A stretch of DNA of 59,862 nucleotides, filler included. It is 5 parts of 5 records of this genome, joined end to end, with 100 filler letters (N's around TTAATTAATTAA, not from the genome) between each part and the next. Parts side by side here need not be neighbours in the genome. Positions count along the whole stretch, not along the records: positions 8,361 to 19,798 come from SRR2962707_4631; positions 19,899 to 43,961 come from SRR2962707_4632; 3 more parts are not named here. The stretch is one strand, 5' to 3'. Each line of letters opens with the position of its first letter. Position 1 is the stretch's first letter. Below, in pieces: positions 10,591-20,738 of the stretch. The position numbers and the translations under genes are program-made. Under the pieces are notes generated by a model. The model did not search any database. It saw only the letters and a program-made list of their open reading frames with translations, and was not told the origin of the DNA.

Positions 10591-11165
10591 GTCGTCCCTT
10601 TCGCGGCCGCACTGTCCGCCATCGCTTTCATGATTGCGCCATCGTCCGGTATGCCGTTGCCGACATTGATGAATTCGATATGGGAAGCTGGCTGGAAGAA
10701 CAACGGTATCTCGCTTTTCGCTGTCAGTCCGCGACCTGTCGGCGTCACCACGAGAACCATCATCGGACCCGCCTGACCATCGCCCCGCAAAGGAAAACCC
10801 GCAACCTCGACGTCGGAGGAAAGGCCGCGTCCGTATTCTTCCGTATGCACGGATCGAAATCCGCATGGCAATGCATGAATGGCGAGGGTCCGTGCAATGG
10901 CGCGCGCCACTTGCTCGGCCGCCGCGAAGTCTCCATAGCGTTTTCCGGTGATGTCGATCCCTTGATGTTCCGCGAGCCCGGTGCCTGCGAGCCGAAACAC
11001 GATATCTCCATCCGCCACTTCGGTAATGACGAGATAGGGCAGGAGCGGTGCAATTTCAGACGCAACCTTGAAGGCGCTTCGAAGCGGAATCTTTGCGTCG
11101 TTTCTTATTGTCTTCCAGTAAATCTCAAGTTTCCTGGCCGCCTCGGTCCCTGTACCTGTCGCCAT
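10587..11165 (-). CDS. Stand-alone PAS_5-type domain protein
   Basis: YW...LP.RS.F...I.PLLP.L......FRLAGT......G.DITG pattern typical of PAS_5; stop overlaps the xth start (ATGA). Confidence 0.75.
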   Translation of the reverse strand: MATGTGTEAARKLEIYWKTIRNDAKIPLRSAFKVASEIAPLLPYLVITEVADGDIVFRLAGTGLAEHQGIDITGKRYGDFAAAEQVARAIARTLAIHALPCGFRSVHTEEYGRGLSSDVEVAGFPLRGDGQAGPMMVLVVTPTGRGLTAKSEIPLFFQPASHIEFINVGNGIPDDGAIMKAMADSAAAKGTT

Positions 11166-11297
11166 AGAGTTACGTCCGTACCCCTCATAAGCAGAATCAC
11201 TGACAGCCGAAAGAATACGCGGCCCAGCTCTAAGGTAAAACGGTAATTGTGCCAAAACGGCACAGCAACCTTTTAGATACTTGAGAAAATCGGTCCG

Positions 11298-11660
11298 TCA
11301 GACCGAGAAAGACGTCCCGCAGCCGCAGGACGCCGTCGCGTTCGGGTTGTTGATCTTGAACGCAGAACCGATCAGATCGTCGACATAGTCGATTTCCGAC
11401 CCGGCCAGATATGCGACCGAAACGGCATCGATCAGAACGGTCACGCCGTCGCGTTCGAGCACCAGGTCGTCGTCGTTCCTCAGATCGTCCAGTGTGAAGC
11501 CGTACTGAAACCCGGAGCAGCCGCCGCCCTGCACGGCAACGCGCAGCATCAAGCCGTCTCCCTCGCCCTCGATGATGCGGGCAACCTGCTTTGCAGCCCG
11601 TGCCGTCAGGGTGATCGGCGTGCCGGTGGTCGGGGTTTCGGCTGTCGCGGTCTCGGTCAT
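11298..11660 (-). CDS. erpA: A-type iron-sulfur cluster insertion protein (ErpA/IscA family)
   Basis: LRVAVQGGGCSGFQYGF and NPNATASCGCGTSF motifs. Confidence 0.93.
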   Translation of the reverse strand: MTETATAETPTTGTPITLTARAAKQVARIIEGEGDGLMLRVAVQGGGCSGFQYGFTLDDLRNDDDLVLERDGVTVLIDAVSVAYLAGSEIDYVDDLIGSAFKINNPNATASCGCGTSFSV

Positions 11661-11772
11661 GATGCTTTCGGCTTCCAACACTCGATAAATTAGCTTAGCA
11701 GATATGTAAGCGCGGAGGGGCTGCTTTTCAAACAACCTGTCCGCTAACCCCATAGAATTTCGAGGGTTTATC

Positions 11773-12963
11773 GTGCCGATCTCCAATCCCGCCGCTACCG
11801 CACCATTCGCGACAAAGGCGGAAGAGACAAGGGGAAGGCTCTTCCCGGAGCCCGAAAGCGCAACCCGCACGGCTTTCCAGCGCGACAGGGACCGGATCAT
11901 CCATTCGGGCGCCTTCCGGCGGCTCAAATACAAGACACAGGTCTTCGTCTATCACGAGGGCGACAACTACCGGACCCGCCTGTCGCACTCCCTTGAGGTC
12001 GCGCAGATCGCGCGCTCCGTCGCCCGCGTGCTCGGCCTCGACGAAGATCTCGCCGAGGCGCTCGCGCTCGCTCACGATCTCGGCCACACGCCCTTCGGCC
12101 ATGCCGGTGAGACGGCGCTCGACGGCTGCATGGAGGCCTTTGGCGGCTTCGATCACAACGCGCAGACATTGCGGATCGTGACCAAACTGGAGCACCGTTA
12201 CCCTGAATTCGACGGTCTGAACCTCACCTGGGAAACCCTGGAAGGTCTCGTAAAGCACAATGGTCCCGTCATCGTGCCTGGCCGCGCCTTGAACGATCTG
12301 CCGCGCGCCATCGTGGAGTATGCGGAGACGCAGGATCTCGAACTCGAAACCTTCGCGGGGCCGGAAGCGCAGGTCGCGGCGCTCGCCGACGACATCGCCT
12401 ACAACAATCACGACATTGACGACGGGCTCCGCGCCGGCCTTTTTACCATCGACGATCTGATGGCATTGCCGCTGGTCGGCGATGTTTTCCGCCGTGTGAT
12501 GGACAATTTTCCGGGCCTCGAAACAACACGGGTCATCCACGAGGCGGTGCGCGAACTGATCGGCGAGATGATCGGCGATCTTCTGGGGGAGACTAAGCGG
12601 CGGCTCGACGAGGCGCGCCCGGCCTCCGCCGCCGATGTCCGCGCCATGGACCGGCCGCTTGTCGGCTTTACCGGTGAGATGAACGAGCACAATGCGGCGC
12701 TCAAGGCGTTCCTGTTCGAACGCATGTACCGCCACTACCGGGTCAACCGGTCGATGAGCAAGGCGCAGCGGATCGTGCGCGATCTCTTCGGGCTGCTGCA
12801 TCGCGCGCCTGAACAGTTGCCGCCGGAATGGCAACAGGGCTGCGATGGGCCTGAAGGCTTCAAGACGGCGCGCCGCGTCTGCGACTTCATCGCGGGCATG
12901 ACCGACAAATTCGCCATCGAGGAGCATCAGCGCCTCTTCGATCTCCATGATCCCAGGGCCTGA
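11773..12963 (+). CDS. dgt: Deoxyguanosinetriphosphate triphosphohydrolase (HD domain)
   Basis: [47 protein letters not shown]. Confidence 0.94.
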   Translation: MPISNPAATAPFATKAEETRGRLFPEPESATRTAFQRDRDRIIHSGAFRRLKYKTQVFVYHEGDNYRTRLSHSLEVAQIARSVARVLGLDEDLAEALALAHDLGHTPFGHAGETALDGCMEAFGGFDHNAQTLRIVTKLEHRYPEFDGLNLTWETLEGLVKHNGPVIVPGRALNDLPRAIVEYAETQDLELETFAGPEAQVAALADDIAYNNHDIDDGLRAGLFTIDDLMALPLVGDVFRRVMDNFPGLETTRVIHEAVRELIGEMIGDLLGETKRRLDEARPASAADVRAMDRPLVGFTGEMNEHNAALKAFLFERMYRHYRVNRSMSKAQRIVRDLFGLLHRAPEQLPPEWQQGCDGPEGFKTARRVCDFIAGMTDKFAIEEHQRLFDLHDPRA

Positions 12964-13045
12964 CCCGGCGCTGAGGGAAAGGCTGGAAACGGCGGGGGTG
13001 CGCGGCTAGAGTGCGCGCCCGGCGGGTCCATAAGTGGCGGCAAGA

Positions 13046-14794
13046 ATGAATATTTTCAGGTATTTCGAAGGTCGGGTGGAGGCAGCCCTTGAGGCCCTTG
13101 TGGGCGAGGGCGCGCTGCCGGCCGGTCTCGATTTTACCCGCGTCGCGGTGGAGCCGCCACGCGACCCGAGCCATGGCGACCTCTCCACCAATGCCGCGAT
13201 GGTGCTTGCAAAGCCCGCGGGCGCAAAGCCGCGCGATCTTGCGGAACTCATCGCTGCGCGTCTCACCGGGGAGGAATCCGTGACGGAGGTTTCCGTCGCA
13301 GGCCCCGGCTTCATCAATCTCCGCCTCGATCCGTCGTTCTGGCAGTCGCGCGTACCCGATATTCTGAGGGCGGGCGCGTCCTACGGCACCGGCGATCTCG
13401 GCACGGGCCAGAACGTCAATGTGGAATATGTCTCCGCCAACCCGACAGGGCCGATGCATGTCGGCCATGTGCGCGGCGCGGTCTTCGGCGATGCGTTGGC
13501 GAACCTTCTGGAAAAGGTCGGATACCGCGTCTGCCGCGAATATTATATCAACGACGCAGGCGGCCAGATCGAGGTGCTGGCGCGCAGCGCCTTCCTGCGC
13601 TACCGCGAGGCGCTCGGCGAGGACATCGGTACCATTCCCGAGGGGCTCTATCCGGGCGACTATCTGAAGCCGCTCGGCCAGTCGCTTGCCGCGACCTACG
13701 GCAAGGACCTGCTCGACAAGGATGAAGCGGAAGCACTGTCGATCACCCGCGAAACCGCCGTCGAAGCCATGATGGAGCTCATCCGCGGCGACCTCGCGGT
13801 GCTCGGCATCACGCATGAGGTCTTCTTTTCGGAACTCTCGCTTCACAGGTCGGGCGCGGTCGAAAAGACGCTCAAGCGGCTGGAAGACAAGGGCCTCATC
13901 TATATCGGCACGCTGGAGCCGCCCAAGGGCGAGGTACCGGACGACTGGGAAGCCCGTCCGCAGACGCTCTTCCGCTCGACCGAATTCGGCGATGACACCG
14001 ACCGCGCGCTGAAGAAGTCCGACGGGAGCTGGACCTATTTTGCGCCCGACATCGCCTATCACCTCGACAAGTTCGAGCGTGGCTACCGCACCCTGATCGA
14101 CGTCTGGGGCGCCGACCATTCGGGCTACATCAAGCGCATGAGGGCGGCGATAGCGGGCGTCACCGGCGGCGAAGCCGAATTCGATGTGAAGGTCTGCCAG
14201 ATGGTGCGCCTCTTCCGGAACGGCGAGCCCGTCCGCATGTCGAAGCGGTCGGGGGATTTCGTGACGCTTCGCGATGTGGTGGATGAGGTTGGCAAGGACG
14301 TCGTGCGCTTCATGATGCTGACGCGCAAAAATGATGCGCCGCTCGATTTCGACTTCGCCAAGGTCATGGAGCAGTCGCGCGACAATCCCGTCTTCTATGT
14401 CCAGTACGCGCATGCGCGCATCCGCTCCGTGCTCCGCAACGCAGGCGAAGTGGGCGGCGACCTCTCCGATGCCACGCTCGCCACTGCCGACCTCTCGCAC
14501 CTAGGCGACGAGGCGGAACTTGCGCTCATCCGGTTGATGGCGGGCTTCCCGCGTCAGGTCGAGCAGGCCGCGCTGGCGCATGAGCCGCACCGCATCGCCT
14601 TCTATCTCGACGACCTTGCCGCCGCCTTCCATGCCCTCTGGAACAAGGGCAAGGACGAGCCCTCGCTCCGGTTCATCCAGCAGGACGACCGGGATGGTAC
14701 GCTTGCAAGGCTCGCGCTGATTCGCGCAGCGGCATACGTTATTGCCGCCGGTTTGGGGATATTGGGGGTCGAACCGATCGAGGAGATGCGCTGA
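13046..14794 (+). CDS. argS: Arginine--tRNA ligase
   Basis: [16 protein letters not shown] (HIGH), [25 protein letters not shown]. Confidence 0.97.
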   Translation: MNIFRYFEGRVEAALEALVGEGALPAGLDFTRVAVEPPRDPSHGDLSTNAAMVLAKPAGAKPRDLAELIAARLTGEESVTEVSVAGPGFINLRLDPSFWQSRVPDILRAGASYGTGDLGTGQNVNVEYVSANPTGPMHVGHVRGAVFGDALANLLEKVGYRVCREYYINDAGGQIEVLARSAFLRYREALGEDIGTIPEGLYPGDYLKPLGQSLAATYGKDLLDKDEAEALSITRETAVEAMMELIRGDLAVLGITHEVFFSELSLHRSGAVEKTLKRLEDKGLIYIGTLEPPKGEVPDDWEARPQTLFRSTEFGDDTDRALKKSDGSWTYFAPDIAYHLDKFERGYRTLIDVWGADHSGYIKRMRAAIAGVTGGEAEFDVKVCQMVRLFRNGEPVRMSKRSGDFVTLRDVVDEVGKDVVRFMMLTRKNDAPLDFDFAKVMEQSRDNPVFYVQYAHARIRSVLRNAGEVGGDLSDATLATADLSHLGDEAELALIRLMAGFPRQVEQAALAHEPHRIAFYLDDLAAAFHALWNKGKDEPSLRFIQQDDRDGTLARLALIRAAAYVIAAGLGILGVEPIEEMR

Positions 14795-15621
14795 TGTCGC
14801 ATAAGGATGGCGGCTGGGACGACGAACCGGAATACGACATCGATCCCGACATCGAAGATTACGAGCGTTACGACGAGGAAGAAGAGGGCGGCCGCAGCAA
14901 GCGCACGCTCATGCTTCTCAGTGTCGTCGCGCTTCTCGTCGTCTTCGCGGGCGTCGTCTTCCTCGCCTACCGGCAAGGCTCACAGCAGGGCCCGAACGGC
15001 GCGCCGCCGATCCTGCGCGCCGATGGCGAGCCGACGAAAGAACTGCCCGAGAACCCCGGCGGCAAGAAGTTTCCGCACCAGGATGCGGGCGTCTACAACA
15101 GGATCACGGGCGAGGGGCAGGCGTCCTCCGGCGATGGCGAGCAGCTGCTGCCGCCTGCCGAGGAACCGCTCGCGATCGATAATCCCGTTACCTCACCGGA
15201 GGACCAGCAGGCGCTGGACCGGATGGCGGAAGCGATAGAGACCTCGCCCATCGATCCGGTAGGTGAAGCACCGGCGGAAGAGATACCCTCGTCGCAACCG
15301 CAGACACCCGCCGCCGAAGTCCCCGTCGAGGCGCAGCCGGCTCCATCCGCTGAAGTGCCCGCCTCTTCGACGGGCGGCGCTTATGTCATTCAGCTTGCCG
15401 CGTTGCGTGACGAAGCGTCCGCGCGTGCGACCTTCGAGCGTATGCAATCCAAATACCCGGATCTTCTCGGCGGCCTCAGCGTGGATATCCAGCGTGCCGA
15501 CCTTGGCGACAAGGGCGTCTATTACCGCGCCCGCGCCGGTTTCATGGACAAGGCAGGCGCGACTTCGATCTGCGAGCAGCTGCAGGCGCGCGGCGGCGGC
15601 TGCATCGTGAGGGAGAGGTGA
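14794..15621 (+). CDS. SPOR-domain membrane protein (FtsN-like)
   Basis: Acidic N-terminus, one TM helix, Pro-rich linker, C-terminal YVIQLAA...ADLGDKGVYYR...C SPOR domain; usual position between argS and nagZ. Confidence 0.85.
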   Translation: MSHKDGGWDDEPEYDIDPDIEDYERYDEEEEGGRSKRTLMLLSVVALLVVFAGVVFLAYRQGSQQGPNGAPPILRADGEPTKELPENPGGKKFPHQDAGVYNRITGEGQASSGDGEQLLPPAEEPLAIDNPVTSPEDQQALDRMAEAIETSPIDPVGEAPAEEIPSSQPQTPAAEVPVEAQPAPSAEVPASSTGGAYVIQLAALRDEASARATFERMQSKYPDLLGGLSVDIQRADLGDKGVYYRARAGFMDKAGATSICEQLQARGGGCIVRER

Positions 15622-16631
15622 GCGTCCGCGCGGCAATCTATGGTTGCGCCGGAACCGCGATAACGGAGGGAGAGCGTCACTTCTTCCGTGAAACGAAGCC
15701 GTGGGGCTTCATCCTTTTCGCCCGCAACATCTCGGACCCTGCGCAGGTCCAGCGTCTTGTCGGTGAATTGCGCGAGGCGGCGGGCCACGAAGCGGAAGTG
15801 CTAATTGATCAGGAAGGCGGTCGCGTGCAGCGCCTGACGCCGCCGGGCTGGCGCGGGTTTCCGCCCGGGCGCCGCTATGGCGAACTTTACGAAGCCGATG
15901 CCGAGCAGGGGCTTCATGCCGCGCGCCTCGGTGCGCAACTCATCGCCGCCGAATTGCGCCATCTCGGCATCACGGTCGATTGCCTGCCGGTGCTCGACGT
16001 GCCCGTCCCCGGCGCACATGATGTGATCGGGGACCGCGCCTATGCGGATACGCCGGGGCCCATCGCCGCCCTTGGCCTCGCCGCCGCCGAAGGGCTGCTT
16101 GCGGGCGGCGTGCTGCCGGTCATCAAGCATATTCCCGGCCATGGCCGCGCCGGCGTCGACAGTCACAAGAGCCTGCCTGTAGTCGATACATCCGCAGACG
16201 AACTCGCTCGCATCGACTTCGCGCCATTCCATGCGCTTCGCCACATGCCGCTCGCCATGACCGCGCATGTCGTCTACACCGCGCTCGACGCGGATCGCCC
16301 CGCCACGACCTCTGCCTCGGTCATCGCCAAGGTCATAAGGGGCCAGATCGGCTTCGACGGCGTGTTGATGTCCGATGACCTCTCTATGGAGGCGCTGAAA
16401 GGCACGCTCGGCGAGCGCGCCCGCCAGAGCCTTGAGGCGGGTTGCGACCTCGTCCTCCACTGCAACGGCAAGATGGGCGAAATGGAGGAGGTAGCGGTCG
16501 AAGTACCGATTCTCTCCGGCAAGGCGCTTCAGAGGTCGCAAGCGGCCATATCACAGCGCCTATCGGCCATTGCCTCGCTTGATATGGATTCCGCCTGGCG
16601 GCAATTCTCCGGGCTTATTGCGGCTTCATGA
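15618..16631 (+). CDS. nagZ: Beta-N-acetylhexosaminidase (GH3)
   Basis: GFILFARN, IDQEGGRVQR, KHIPGHG...DSH catalytic motif, SDDLSM. Confidence 0.95.
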   Translation: MSVRAAIYGCAGTAITEGERHFFRETKPWGFILFARNISDPAQVQRLVGELREAAGHEAEVLIDQEGGRVQRLTPPGWRGFPPGRRYGELYEADAEQGLHAARLGAQLIAAELRHLGITVDCLPVLDVPVPGAHDVIGDRAYADTPGPIAALGLAAAEGLLAGGVLPVIKHIPGHGRAGVDSHKSLPVVDTSADELARIDFAPFHALRHMPLAMTAHVVYTALDADRPATTSASVIAKVIRGQIGFDGVLMSDDLSMEALKGTLGERARQSLEAGCDLVLHCNGKMGEMEEVAVEVPILSGKALQRSQAAISQRLSAIASLDMDSAWRQFSGLIAAS

Positions 16632-16758
16632 CAGATCGCTGGGGATAAGCCGAGAAACGGGGTACCCGCGCCCTGGGGTGCGGGGTATAAAGGCCAATCG
16701 TCCTTTCGCTGGCGGGAAAACGGCTGAAGGGCACGGGGATTTCAACATTTCGGACCGA

Positions 16759-17679
16759 ATGCAACAGGCAGTCATGACCGGGGCGCCTCCTCATAGCGAC
16801 GCAGATGGCGGTTCGCAGCCCGACGAGGCTGCCGGCATCGATGGCGCTGCGCCTTTCGAGGAGGGCCCGCCGCGCGGACCGGCGGAGTCCGACGAGAACA
16901 CCCTGATCGTCGATCTCGACGGTTTCGAGGGTCCGCTCGACGTCCTTCTCATGCTCGCGCGCAATCAGAAGGTCGATCTGACGCGGATCTCGATCCTGAA
17001 GCTCGCCGAGCAATATCTCGACTTCATCACGCAGGCGAGGCGGATGGAGCTCGATCTTGCCGCCGACTATCTGGTGATGGCGTCTTGGCTCGCCTTCCTG
17101 AAGTCGAAGCTCCTGCTGCCGCCGCCTGAAGAAGAAGAGGGGCCGTCGGGCGCGGAGATGGCAGCCCGGCTCGCCTTCCAGCTTCAGCGGCTGGAAGCGA
17201 TGCGGAAGGCCTCGCAGGATATTTTCAGCCGCGGCTGCCGCATGGGGATGCACGTCTTCCAGCGCGGCGCGCCGGAGGGCATTCGCCTCATAAAGACAAG
17301 CGAGTATCAGGGAACGCTCTACGAGCTTCTGAAGTCCTATTCGGACCAGCGCCTCAAAGGTCACGACACCAAGTGGGAGCCGAAGCGCCTTCCCATCATG
17401 GCGATTGAGGCCGCGCGCCACCGTCTAGAAAAGATGATGGGCATGATGTTCGACTGGGGCCGTATCGATGGCTTCCTGCCGCTTGAGGAGATGAGCCCGG
17501 CGCTTCGCCGCTCGGCTATCGCGAGCACCTTCAGCGCGGCTCTTGTGCTGGCCAAGGACGGGCTCATGGAAATCCGGCAATCCGGCGCCTTCGGGCCCGT
17601 TTTCATCCGCCGCCGCGAGCCGGCCCCCGATCAACCGCCGGCCGGACCGGCCAGCGAGCCTGAGAAGACCGAAGAATGA
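16759..17679 (+). CDS. scpA: Segregation and condensation protein A
   Basis: FEGPLDVLL, AADYLVMASWLAFLKSKLLLP; start uncertain (16759 or 16774). Confidence 0.92.
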   Translation: MQQAVMTGAPPHSDADGGSQPDEAAGIDGAAPFEEGPPRGPAESDENTLIVDLDGFEGPLDVLLMLARNQKVDLTRISILKLAEQYLDFITQARRMELDLAADYLVMASWLAFLKSKLLLPPPEEEEGPSGAEMAARLAFQLQRLEAMRKASQDIFSRGCRMGMHVFQRGAPEGIRLIKTSEYQGTLYELLKSYSDQRLKGHDTKWEPKRLPIMAIEAARHRLEKMMGMMFDWGRIDGFLPLEEMSPALRRSAIASTFSAALVLAKDGLMEIRQSGAFGPVFIRRREPAPDQPPAGPASEPEKTEE

Positions 17680-18470
17680 ACGACGAGACGACCTTGAGCG
17701 AAGCCGAAGACGAAAACGGTAACGAGATGACAGCGGACGAGCCGGAACAGCCGGAAGTGGACGAGGAGGCCGAGGAAGGCGCCGAAAACGTCGTCCGCTT
17801 CCCGGGCAACGCGACCGAGCATGCGCAGCTCATGCGCATGGTTGAGGCGCTGCTTTTCGCCGCCGCCGAGCCGCTCGACATCGACAGCATCGCGGGCCGC
17901 CTGCCCGAGGGCGCGGATGTGGGCGCGGTGATCGAGGACCTGCAGAAGGTCTACGAAGACAAGGGCGTCAATCTCGTCCGCATCGCCAACAAGTGGATGT
18001 TCCGCACAGCGGACGACCTCTCCTTCCTGATGGAGCGCGAAGCGGTGGAGCAGAAACGGCTCTCGCGCGCCGCCATGGAGACGCTCGCCATCATCGCCTA
18101 TCACCAGCCCGCCACACGGGCCGAGATCGAGGAAATCCGCGGCGTTTCCGTCTCCAAGGGCACCATCGACGTGCTGATGGAAACCGGCTGGGTGCGGCTG
18201 CGCGGGCGCAAGCGGACTCCGGGCCGTCCCGTCACCTACGGCACAACGGAAGACTTCCTCGTCCATTTCGGGCTTGAGAGCATCGGCGACCTGCCGGGCG
18301 TCGACGAACTCAAGGCTGCGGGCCTGCTCGATGGACGCCTGCCGCCGGGCTTCGACATTCCGAACCCGAACGAGGCGGGCGGCGAAGGCGACGGCGAGTT
18401 CTCCGACGAAGAAGAATATGGCGCCGATATCGACGACCATCTGGCGCAGGAAACGGCGGAAGACGACTGA
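17676..18470 (+). CDS. scpB: Segregation and condensation protein B
   Basis: EALLFA, LSRAAMETLAIIAYHQP, RAEIEEIRGV, GRPVTYGTT. Confidence 0.95.
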   Translation: MNDETTLSEAEDENGNEMTADEPEQPEVDEEAEEGAENVVRFPGNATEHAQLMRMVEALLFAAAEPLDIDSIAGRLPEGADVGAVIEDLQKVYEDKGVNLVRIANKWMFRTADDLSFLMEREAVEQKRLSRAAMETLAIIAYHQPATRAEIEEIRGVSVSKGTIDVLMETGWVRLRGRKRTPGRPVTYGTTEDFLVHFGLESIGDLPGVDELKAAGLLDGRLPPGFDIPNPNEAGGEGDGEFSDEEEYGADIDDHLAQETAEDD

Positions 18471-18680
18471 CTTCATCCTCGTCCTGTTTCTGAAGTGGCG
18501 GATGAAATCGAAGTTAAACCAGATGGTTGGGCAAGCCCGTTAACCAAAACTCTGCGGGAGCCCGGCCAATCCCCGGAAGGGATTGCTATCGCAATTTCCG
18601 CGCGGAACGCCCATATTGACCGAAGGTAGTGCTTCATTCAGAGCAAGGCGCGGGGTTTCCCGTTGCCTGTGGAGATAGAA

Positions 18681-18911
18681 ATGCCGGGTTGGACCCAAAT
18701 TCTCATTGTCCTCGTGCTGATCGTGTTGCTGTTCGGGCGGGGCAAGATTTCCGACATGATGGGCGACGTCGCGAAGGGGATCCGCAGCTTCAAGAAGGGG
18801 CTCTCCGACGAGGATGAGAACCAGACCGCTCAGCCCGAGCCCAAGACCATCGACGCCACCGTTTCGCAAGACGAAAGCGCCGAGGCGAAGAACAAGGCAT
18901 CTCACGGCTAG
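18681..18911 (+). CDS. tatA: Twin-arginine translocase subunit TatA
   Basis: RBS GGAGA; TM helix followed by [23 protein letters not shown]. Confidence 0.94.
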   Translation: MPGWTQILIVLVLIVLLFGRGKISDMMGDVAKGIRSFKKGLSDEDENQTAQPEPKTIDATVSQDESAEAKNKASHG

Positions 18912-18971
18912 GGATTTGATGCGCCGCTCCAGGGCTGATGCCCCGGACGGCTAGGCTTTTCGGGACCCCTC

Positions 18972-19457
18972 ATGTTCGACATCGGATGGTCAGAGCTGCT
19001 CATTCTCGCAGCGATCGCCATCATCTTCGTCGGTCCGAAGGACCTGCCGCGGATGATGCGGACGATTGGGCAGTATGTCGGCAAGGTCCGCGCCATGGCC
19101 CGCGAGTTCCAGAGTTCCTTCGAGGACCTCGCCCGCGAGACCGAGCTTGAGGAACTGCGCAAGGAAGTCTCCGATCTCCGGAACACAGCGACTGCGCCAT
19201 TGCGCTCCCTCAAGCAGGAAATGGACAAGCCGGTGAAGATCGGTGGCGGCGGTGCAGGCGCCGCGGCTGCCGCTGCTTCTGCGGCCAAAGCCGAGGAAGA
19301 GCGTGCCAAGTCTCTCGACACCAGCGGCGTCTCCGACGGCATAGCGGACTCGATCCGCGAGGCCGAAGCCGTCGAGGCCTATGGCGAGGGCGAGCCGGCA
19401 GCGCGCGATGCGGCAACGGGCGATGCGGATGTGAAGACCAGGCAGGACGGCGAATGA
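18972..19457 (+). CDS. tatB: Twin-arginine translocase subunit TatB
   Basis: MFDIGWSELL...VGPKDLP. Confidence 0.95.
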   Translation: MFDIGWSELLILAAIAIIFVGPKDLPRMMRTIGQYVGKVRAMAREFQSSFEDLARETELEELRKEVSDLRNTATAPLRSLKQEMDKPVKIGGGGAGAAAAAASAAKAEEERAKSLDTSGVSDGIADSIREAEAVEAYGEGEPAARDAATGDADVKTRQDGE

Positions 19458-19798
19458 GCGCGTCCTCCGCCGAACCCACTCCCGAAGACGAGGTCGAATC
19501 CTCGCGCGCCCCGCTCCTCGATCACCTGATCGAGCTTCGCACGCGCCTCATCAAAGTCATGCTGGCCTTCATTGTTGGCTTCGCGATCTGCTTCTTCTTT
19601 TCCACCGACATCTTCAATCTGCTGGTCGACCCCTACAACAGGATCGTGACGGCGGAGGGCGGCGCACACCTGATCTACACGGCGCCGCAGGAATTCTTCA
19701 TCACCAAGCTCAAGCTCTCGATGTTCGGGGCGATCTTCCTCGCCTTTCCGATCATCGCGGCGCAGGTCTACATGTTCGTGGCGCCCGGCCTCTACAAG
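19454..19798 (+). CDS. tatC: Twin-arginine translocase subunit TatC, 3'-truncated by gap
   Basis: APLLDHLIELRTRL, QVYMFVAPGLYK. Confidence 0.94.
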
Positions 19799-19898
19799 NN
19801 NNNNNNNNNNNNNNNNNNNNNNNNNNNNNNNNNNNNNNNNNNTTAATTAATTAANNNNNNNNNNNNNNNNNNNNNNNNNNNNNNNNNNNNNNNNNNNN
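19799..19898. other. Artificial contig-joining linker
   Basis: 44 N + TTAATTAATTAA + 44 N. Confidence 0.98.
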
Positions 19899-20445
19899 CT
19901 ATTGGGCGTGGTGGATCAGCTGGTCACCCTTCGTAGGCATGTTTATTGCCCGCGTTAGCCGCGGCCGGACGGTGCGTGAGTTTATCACTTGCGTATTGCT
20001 GATCCCAAGCTTGGTCTGTGTAGCGTGGATGTCGATCTTTGGCGGCACAGCAATTCATCAGGTGATCACCGACAACTTTATCGGAGCACAAGATGCGGAG
20101 TTGCCGCGTCAGTTGTTCCAAATGTTGGGTGAATTGCCGCTTGCGTCAATCACATCGTTCATCGGTATCGTGTTGGTGATTGTGTTCTTTGTCACCTCTT
20201 CCGACTCTGGCTCACTGGTGATTGATACAATCACTGCCGGTGGCAAGGTCGATGCACCGGTGCCGCAACGCGTGTTCTGGTGTATCTTTGAAGGTGCCGT
20301 GGCGATTGCTTTGTTGCTTGGTGGCGGTCTGGCTGCGTTGCAGTCGATGGTGATTTCAACCGGACTATTGTTCACCGTGGTTTTGCTGGTGATGTGTTAT
20401 TGCATCTTCAAAGGGCTGCAGAGCGAACGCGCTGAACACAAGTAA
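19899..20445 (+). CDS. BCCT family (betaine/carnitine/choline) transporter, 5'-truncated
   Basis: YWAWWISWSPFVGMFIARVSRGRTVREF and FFVTSSDSGSLV. Confidence 0.93.
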
Positions 20446-20467
20446 AACCATCCATTTTGCTATTAAG

Positions 20468-20497
20468 GCGGGCATCCGGTTTCGGGTGCCCGTTTTG
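20468..20497 (+). terminator. Rho-independent terminator after the BCCT gene
   Basis: GCGGGCATCCG-gttt-CGGGTGCCCGT hairpin followed by TTT. Confidence 0.7.
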
Positions 20498-20738
20498 CAT
20501 TCTTGATTTGACTAGGCGTTCGAGAAACCCAGCCGCTACCTATCAATAGTTAGGCGCAAATAAAATTTCACAATTCTTATTTAAGCATAGATCTATAGAA
20601 CGGCCTGATCAATGGAGACTTTAGTGCACTCTTGTGTGGCCTTCTACATCTGTTTATAGTTTTTTCGACAGGATCTTCTTAATAAATCGAATCATATGCT
20701 GGACTAAACCATCTTATGATGCCGAACTAGGAACACTA

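Noticed and set aside
10591..10866. N-terminal extension of xth in the ORF track
   Set aside because: Overlaps the PAS_5 gene; the canonical MKIASFNVN start is at 10590
11728..14500. Long antisense ORFs (406 and 537 aa)
   Set aside because: Shadow ORFs opposite dgt and argS in high-GC DNA, with no motifs
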